A program made the translations under genes and the position numbers. 64,000 bases of DNA from the NCBI GenBank assembly GCA_964016885.1, contig OZ024744.1, positions 20,646,001 to 20,710,000 of the forward strand. The letters are read 5' to 3'. This document shows positions 56,601 through 64,000 of the stretch, one piece after another; the first letter of the stretch is position 1; the number at the start of each line of letters is the position of its first letter. Under the pieces are notes generated by a model. That model was given only the letters and a program-made list of their open reading frames with translations. It had not been told where the DNA came from and did not search any database. The stretch comes from Eledone cirrhosa (Eukaryota).

Positions 56601-59600
56601 GAACTGACTCGTTTTAACAACAGTTGAATCTTAAGATAAAACTCGTTTTAACAACTGTTGAATCTTAAGAACTGACTCGTTTTAACAACAGCTGAATCTT
56701 AAGATAAAACTCGTTTTAACAACAGTTGAATCTTAAGAACGGACTCGTTTTAACAACAGCTGAATCTTAAGATAAATCTCGTTTTAACGACAGTTGAATC
56801 TTAAGAACTGATTCGTTTTAACAACAGTTCAAACTTAAGAACTGACTCGTTTTATCAACAGTTGAATCTTATGAACTGACTCATTTTAACAACAGTTGAA
56901 TCTTAAGATAACATTCGTTTTAACAACAGTTGAATCTTAAGAACTGACTCGTTTTAACAACAGTTGAATCTTAAAGATAAACTCGTTTCAACAACAGTTG
57001 AATCTTAAGAACTGACTCGTTTTAACAACAGTTGAATCTTAAGATAAAACTCGTTTTAACAACTGTTGAATCTTAAGAACTGACTCGTTTTAACAACAGC
57101 TGAATCTTAAGATAAAACTCGTTTTAACAACAGTTGAATCTTAAGAACTGACTCGTTTTAACAACAGTTGAATCTTAAGATAAAACTCGTTTTAACAACA
57201 GTTGAATCTTAAGAACTGACTCGCTTTAACAACAGCTGAATCTCAAGATAAAACTCGTTTTAACAACAGTTGAATCCTAAGAACTGACTTGTTTTATCAA
57301 CAGTCCAACCGTATGAACTGACTCGTTTTAACAACAGTTGAATGTTCAAATAAAACACGTTTTAACAACAGTTGAATCTTAAGAACTGACTCGTTTTAAC
57401 AACAGTTGAATCTTAAGAACTGACTCGTTTTAACAACAGTTAAATCTTAATAACTGACTCGTTTTAACAACAGTTGAATGTTAAGATAAAACTCGTTTTA
57501 ACAACAGTTGAATCTTAAGAACTGACTCGTTTTAACAACAGTTGAATCTTCAAATAAAACTCGTTTTAACAACAGTTGAACATTAAGATAAAACTCGTTT
57601 TAACAACAGTTGAATGTTAAGATAAAACTCGTTTTAACAATAGTTGAATCCTAAGAACTGACTCGTTTTAACAACAGTTGAATCTTAAGATAAAACTCGT
57701 TTTAACAACAGTTGAATCTTAAGAACTGAATCGTTTTAACAACAGCTGAATCTTAAGATAAAACTCGTTTTAACAACAGTTGAATCTTAAGAACTGACTC
57801 GTTTTAACAACAGCTGAATCTTAAGATAAAACTCGTTTTAACAACAGTTGAATCTTAAAATAAAACTCGTTTTAACAACAGTTGAATCTTAAGAACTGAC
57901 TCGTTTTAACAACAGTTGAATCTTAAGATAAAACTCGTTTTAACAACAGTTGAATCTTATGAACTAACTCATTTTAACAACAGTTGAATCTTAAGTTAAG
58001 ACTCGTTTTAACAACAGTTGAATCTTAAGAACTGACTCGTTTTAACAACAGTTGAATCTTAAGACAAAACCCGTTTTAACAACAGTTGAATCTTAAGAAC
58101 TGTCTCGTTTTAACAACAGTTGAATCTTAAGATAAACCTCGTTTTAACAACAGTTGAATCTTAAGAACTGACTCGTTTTAACATCAGCTGAATCTTAAGA
58201 TAAAACTCGTTTTAACAACAGTTGAATCTTAAGATAAAACTCGTTTTAACAACAGTTGAATCTCAAGAACTGACTCGTTTTAACGACAGCTGAATCTTAA
58301 GATAAAACTCGTTTTAACAACAGTTCAAACTTAAGAGATGACTCGTTTTAACAACAGTTGAATCTTATGAACTGAATCATTTTAACAAAAGTTGAATTTT
58401 AAGAACTGATTCGTTTTAACAACAGTTGAATCTTAAGGTAAAACTCGTTTTAACAACAGTTGAATCTTAAGAACTGACTCGTTTTAACAACAGCTGAATC
58501 TTAAGATAAAACTCGTTTTAACAACAGTTGAATCTTAAGATAAAACTCGTTTTAACAACAGTTGAATCTTAAGAACTGACTCGTTTTAACAACAGTTGAA
58601 TCTTAAGATAAAACTCGTTTGAACAACAGTTGAATCTTATGTACTAACTAATTTTTACAACAGTTGAATCTTAAGTTAAGACTCGTTTTAACAACAGTTG
58701 AATCTTAAGAACTGACTCGTTTTAACAACAGCTGAATCTTAAGATAAAACTCGTTTTAACAACAGTTGAATCTTAAAGATAAAACTCGCTTTAACAACAG
58801 TTGAATCTTAAGAACTGACTCGTTTTAACAACAGTTGAATCTTAAGATAAACCTCGTTTTAACAACAGTTTAATCTTAAGAACTGACTCGTTTTAACAAC
58901 AGTTGAATCTTAAGACAAAACTCGTTTTAACAACAGTTCAATCTTAAGAACTGATTTGTTCTAACAACAGTTCAGCCTTAAGAACTGACTCGTTTTAAAA
59001 CAGTTGAATCGTTAGAACTGACTCGTTTTAACAACAGTTGAATCTTAAGATAAAACTCGTTTTAACAACAGTTAAATCTAAATAACTGACTCGTTTTAAC
59101 AACAGTTGAATGTTAAGATAAAACTCGTTTTAACAATAGTTGAATCTTAAGAACTGACTCGTTTTAACAACAGTTGAATCTTAAGATAAAACTCGTTTTA
59201 ACAACTGTTGAATCTTAAGAACTGACTCGTTTTAACAACAGCTGAATCTTAAGATAAAACTCGTTTTAACAACAGTTGAATCTTAAGAACGGACTCGTTT
59301 TAACAACAGCTGAATCTTAAGATAAATCTCGTTTTAACGACAGTTGAATCTTAAGAACTGATTCGTTTTAACAACAGTTCAAACTTAAGAACTGACTCGT
59401 TTTATCAACAGTTGAATCTTATGAACTGACTCATTTTAACAACAGTTGAATCTTAAGATAACATTCGTTTTAACAACAGTTGAATCTTAAGAACTGACTC
59501 GTTTTAACAACAGTTGAATCTTAAAGATAAACTCGTTTCAACAACAGTTGAATCTTAAGAACTGACTCGTTTTAACATCAGCTGAATCTTAAGATAAAAC

Positions 59601-60900
59601 TCGTTTTAACAACAGTTGAATCTTAAGATAAAACTCGTTTTAACAACAGTTGAATCTCAAGAACTGACTCGTTTTAACGACAGCTGAATCTTTAGATAAA
59701 ACTCGTTTTAACAACAGTTCAAACTTAAGAGATGACTCGTTTTAACAACAGTTGAATCTTATGAACTGAATCATTTTAACAAAAGTTGAATTTTAAGAAC
59801 TGATTCGTTTTAACAACAGTTGAATCTTAAGGTAAAACTCGTTTTAACAACAGTTGAATCTTACGAACTGACTCGTTTTAACAACAGCTGAATCTTAAGA
59901 TAAAACTCGTTTTAACAACAGTTGAATCTTAAGATAAAACTCGTTTTAACAACAGTTGAATCTTAAGAACTGACTCGTTTTAACAACAGTTGAATCTTAA
60001 GATAAAACTCGTTTGAACAACAGTTGAATCTTATGTACTAACTAATTTTTACAACAGTTGAATCTTAAGTTAAGACTCGTTTTAACAACAGTTGAATCTT
60101 AAGAACTGACTCGTTTTAACAACAGCTGAATCTTAAGATAAAACTCGTTTTAACAACAGTTGAATCTTAAAGATAAAACTCGCTTTAACAACAGTTGAAT
60201 CTTAAGAACTGACTCGTTTTAACAACAGTTGAATCTTAAGATAAACCTCGTTTTAACAACAGTTTAATCTTAAGAACTGACTCGTTTTAACAACAGTTGA
60301 ATCTTAAGACAAAACTCGTTTTAACAACAGTTCAATCTTAAGAACTGATTTGTTCTAACAACAGTTCAGCCTTAAGAACTGACTCGTTTTAAAACAGTTG
60401 AATCGTTAGAACTGACTCGTTTTAACAACAGTTGAATCTTAAGATAAAACTCGTTTTAACAACAGTTAAATCTAAATAACTGACTCGTTTTAACAACAGT
60501 TGAATGTTAAGATAAAACTCGTTTTAACAATAGTTGAATCTTAAGAACTGACTCGTTTTAACAACAGTTGAATCTTAAGATAAAACTCGTTTTAACAACT
60601 GTTGAATCTTAAGAACTGACTCGTTTTAACAACAGCTGAATCTTAAGATAAAACTCGTTTTAACAACAGTTGAATCTTAAGAACTGACTCGTTTTAACAA
60701 CAGTTGAATCTTAAGATAAAACTCGTTTTAACAACAGTTGAATCTTAAGAACTGACTCGCTTTAACAACAGCTGAATCTTAAGATAAAACTCGTTTTAAC
60801 AACAGTTGAATCCTAAGAACTGACTTGTTTTATCAACAGTCCAACCGTAAGAACTGACTCGTTTTAACAACAGTTGAATGTTCAAATAAAACTCGTTTTA
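49120..60900. repeat. 173-monomer (5,882 bp) tandem duplication
   Basis: CAGCC at 50541/56423, 53091/58973 and 54485/60367, CATTAAG at 49149/55031, and AACCGTAAG at 54961/60843. All offsets are 5,882 = 173x34. Confidence 0.88.
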
Positions 60901-63900
60901 ACAACAGTTGAATCTTAAGAACTGACTCGTTTTAACAACAGTTGAATCTTAAGAACTGACTCGTTTTAACAACAGTTAAATCTTAATAACTGACTCGTTT
61001 TAACAACAGTTGAATGTTAAGATAAAACTCGTTTTAACAACAGTTGAATCTTAAGAACTGACTCGTTTTAACAACAGTTGAATCTTCAAATAAAACTCGT
61101 TTTAACAACAGTTGAACATTAAGATAAAACTCGTTTTAACAACAGTTGAATGTTAAGATAAAACTCGTTTTAACAATAGTTGAATCCTAAGAACTGACTC
61201 GTTTTAACAACAGTTGAATCTTAAGATAAAACTCGTTTTAACAACAGTTGAATCTTAAGAACTGAATCGTTTTAACAACAGCTGAATCTTAAGATAAAAC
61301 TCGTTTTAACAACAGTTGAATCTTAAGAACTGACTCGTTTTAACAACAGCTGAATCTTAAGATAAAACTCGTTTTAACAACAGTTGAATCTTAAAAGAAA
61401 ACTCGTTTTAACAACAGTTGAATCTTAAGAACTGACTCGTTTTAACAACAGTTGAATCTTAAGATAAAACTCGTTTTAACAACAGTTGAATCTTATGAAC
61501 TAACTCATTTTAACAACAGTTGAATCTTAAGTTAAGACTCGTTTTAACAACAGTTGAATCTTAAGAACTGACTCGTTTTAACAACAGTTGAATCTTAAGA
61601 CAAAACCCGTTTTAACAACAGTTGAATCTTAAGAACAGTCTCGTTTTAACAACAGTTGAATCTTAAGATAAACCTCGTTTTAACAACAGTTGAATCTTAA
61701 GAACTGACTCGTTTTAACATCAGCTGAATCTTAAGATAAAACTCGTTTTAACAACAGTTGAATCTTAAGATAAAACTCGTTTTAACAACAGTTGAATCTC
61801 AAGAACTGACTCGTTTTAACGACAGCTGAATCTTAAGATAAAACTCGTTTTAACAACAGTTCAAACTTAAGAGATGACTCGTTTTAACAACAGTTGAATC
61901 TTATGAACTGAATCATTTTAACAAAAGTTGAATTTTTAGAACTGATTCGTTTTAACAACAGTTGAATCTTAAGGTAAAACTCGTTTTAACAACAGTTGAA
62001 TCTTAAGAACTGACTCGTTTTAACAACAGCTGAATCTTAAGATAAAACTCGTTTTAACAACAGTTGAATCTTAAGATAAAACTCGTTTTAACAACAGTTG
62101 AATCTTAAGAACTGACTCGTTTTAACAACAGTTGAATCTTAAGATAAAACTCGTTTGAACAACAGTTGAATCTTATGTACTAACTAATTTTTACAACAGT
62201 TGAATCTTAAGTTAAGACTCGTTTTAACAACAGTTGAATCTTAAGAACTGACTCGTTTTAACAACAGCTGAATCTTAAGATAAAACTCGTTTTAACAACA
62301 GTTGAATCTTAAAGATAAAACTCGCTTTAACAACAGTTGAATCTTAAGAACTGACTCGTTTTAACAACAGTTGAATCTTAAGACAAAACTCGTTTTAACA
62401 ACAGTTCAATCTTAAGAACTGATTTGTTCTAACAACAGTTCAGCCTTAAGAACTGACTCGTTTTAAAACAGTTGAATCGTTAGAACTGACTCGTTTTAAC
62501 AACAGTTGAATCTTAAGATAAAACTCGTTTTAACAACAGTTAAATCTAAATAACTGACTCGTTTTAACAACAGTTGAATGTTAAGATAAAACTCGTTTTA
62601 ACAATAGTTGAATCTTAAGAACTGACTCGTTTTAACAACAGTTGAATCTTAAGATAAAACTCGTTTTAACAACTGTTGAATCTTAAGAACTGACTCGTTT
62701 TAACAACAGCTGAATCTTAAGATAAAACTCGTTTTAACAACAGTTGAATCTTAAGAACTGACTCGTTTTAACAACAGTTGAATCTTAAGATAAAACTCGT
62801 TTTAACAACAGTTGAATCTTAAGAACTGACTCGCTTTAACAACAGCTGAATCTTAAGATAAAACTCGTTTTAACAACAGTTGAATCCTAAGAACTGACTT
62901 GTTTTATCAACAGTCCAACCGTAAGAACTGACTCGTTTTAACAACAGTTGAATGTTCAAATAAAACTCGTTTTAACAACAGTTGAATCTTAAGAACTGAC
63001 TCGTTTTAACAACAGTTGAATCTTAAGAACTGACTCGTTTTAACAACAGTTAAATCTTAATAACTGACTCGTTTTAACAACAGTTGAATGTTAAGATAAA
63101 ACTCGTTTTAACAACAGTTGAATCTTAAGAACTGACTCGTTTTAACAACAGTTGAATCTTCAAATAAAACTCGTTTTAACAACAGTTGAACATTAAGATA
63201 AAACTCGTTTTAACAACAGTTGAATGTTAAGATAAAACTCGTTTTAACAATAGTTGAATCCTAAGAACTGACTCGTTTTAACAACAGTTGAATCTTAAGA
63301 TAAACCTCGTTTTAACAACAGTTGAATCTTAAGAACTGAATCGTTTTAACAACAGCTGAATCTTAAGATAAAACTCGTTTTAACAACAGTTGAATCTTAA
63401 AGTAAAACTCGTTTTAACAACAGTTGAATCTTAGGAACTGACTCGTTTTAACAACAGTTGAATCTTAAGATAAAACTCGTTTTAACAACAGTTGAATCTT
63501 AAGTTAAGACTCGTTTTAACAACAGTTGAATCTTAAGAACTGACTCGTTTTAACAACAGTTGAATCTTAAGACAAAACCCGTTTTAACAACAGTTGAATC
63601 TTAAGAACTGTCTCGTTTTAACAACAGTTGAATCTTAAGATAAACCTCGTTTTAACAACAGTTTAATCTTAAGAACTGACTCGTTTTAACAACAGTTGAA
63701 TCTTAAGACAAAACTCGTTTTAACAACAGTTGAATCTTAAGAACTGACTAGTTCTAACAACAGTTCAGCCTTAAGAACTGACTCGTTTTAAAACAGTTGA
63801 ATCGTTAGAACTGACTCGTTTTAACAACAGTTGAATCTTAAAATAAAACTCGTTTTAACAATAGTTGAATCTCAAGAACTGACTCGTTTTAGCAACAGTT

Positions 63901-64000
63901 GAATCTTAAGATAACACTCGTTTTCATAACAGTTGAATCTTAAGAACTGTCTCGTTTTAACAACAGTTGAATTTTAAGATAAACCTCGTTTTGACAACAG

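Larger units (their letters stand above)
1..64000. repeat. 34-bp monomer tandem satellite array (A/B alternating 68-bp dimer), about 1,880 monomers, single orientation
   Basis: CAACAG/CAATAG recurs at 1, 35, 69 and onward (period 34). Consensus is AACAACAGTTGAATCTTAAGA[ACTG|TAAA]ACTCGTTTT throughout. No non-repeat sequence was seen anywhere in the window. Confidence 0.99.

Noticed and set aside
1-64000. CRISPR array: read from GTTTTA to TAAAAC, the B monomer (GTTTTAACAACAGTTGAATCTTAAGATAAAAC) superficially resembles type II CRISPR repeat ends and length
   Set aside because: There are no unique spacers, since units abut with only TC between them. There is no leader or cas gene, and the variation consists of point mutations copied in blocks.
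1-64000. Repetitive protein-coding ORF on either strand
   Set aside because: TTAA puts TAA on both strands every 17 bp, and neither 17 nor 34 is a multiple of 3, so all six frames are closed at very short intervals.
1-64000. Telomeric repeat, plasmid iterons or rDNA spacer subrepeats
   Set aside because: There is no G-rich strand motif, and block-copied variants indicate recombination, not telomerase templating. No rep gene or rRNA sequence is present, and the array is far longer than iteron or spacer arrays.
1-64000. A/B monomer order as an information-bearing code
   Set aside because: The order is mostly simple alternation, and the AA/BB exceptions recur with the duplicated blocks. Duplication history explains it without invoking coding.
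1-64000. Assignment to a named satellite family, organism or functional centromere
   Set aside because: I do not recognise the consensus and saw no CENP-B box. Assignment needs a database search and chromatin data.

Overview
The whole 64 kb window is one uninterrupted, head-to-tail, AT-rich (about 30% GC) tandem satellite array with a 34-bp monomer (about 1,880 copies). Both ends of the array lie outside the window. Two monomer types largely alternate and give a 68-bp dimer: A = AACAACAGTTGAATCTTAAGAACTGACTCGTTTT and B = AACAACAGTTGAATCTTAAGATAAAACTCGTTTT. The monomer appears to have a 17-bp internal sub-period. Shared point variants reveal nested higher-order repeats and segmental duplications of 21, 22, 45, 59, 63, 75, 97, 126, 173 and 211 monomers. 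They also define two variant-family domains that switch near 40-42 kb. I found no genes, RNA genes, transposon insertions, inversions or CRISPR spacers. The best interpretation is eukaryotic heterochromatic (possibly centromeric or pericentromeric) satellite DNA, but organism and function cannot be determined from sequence alone. I see no evidence of a new gene-based system, and the interest lies in the array architecture and its evolution. Offsets were counted by hand from marker variants, and block boundaries are approximate to within one or two monomers.
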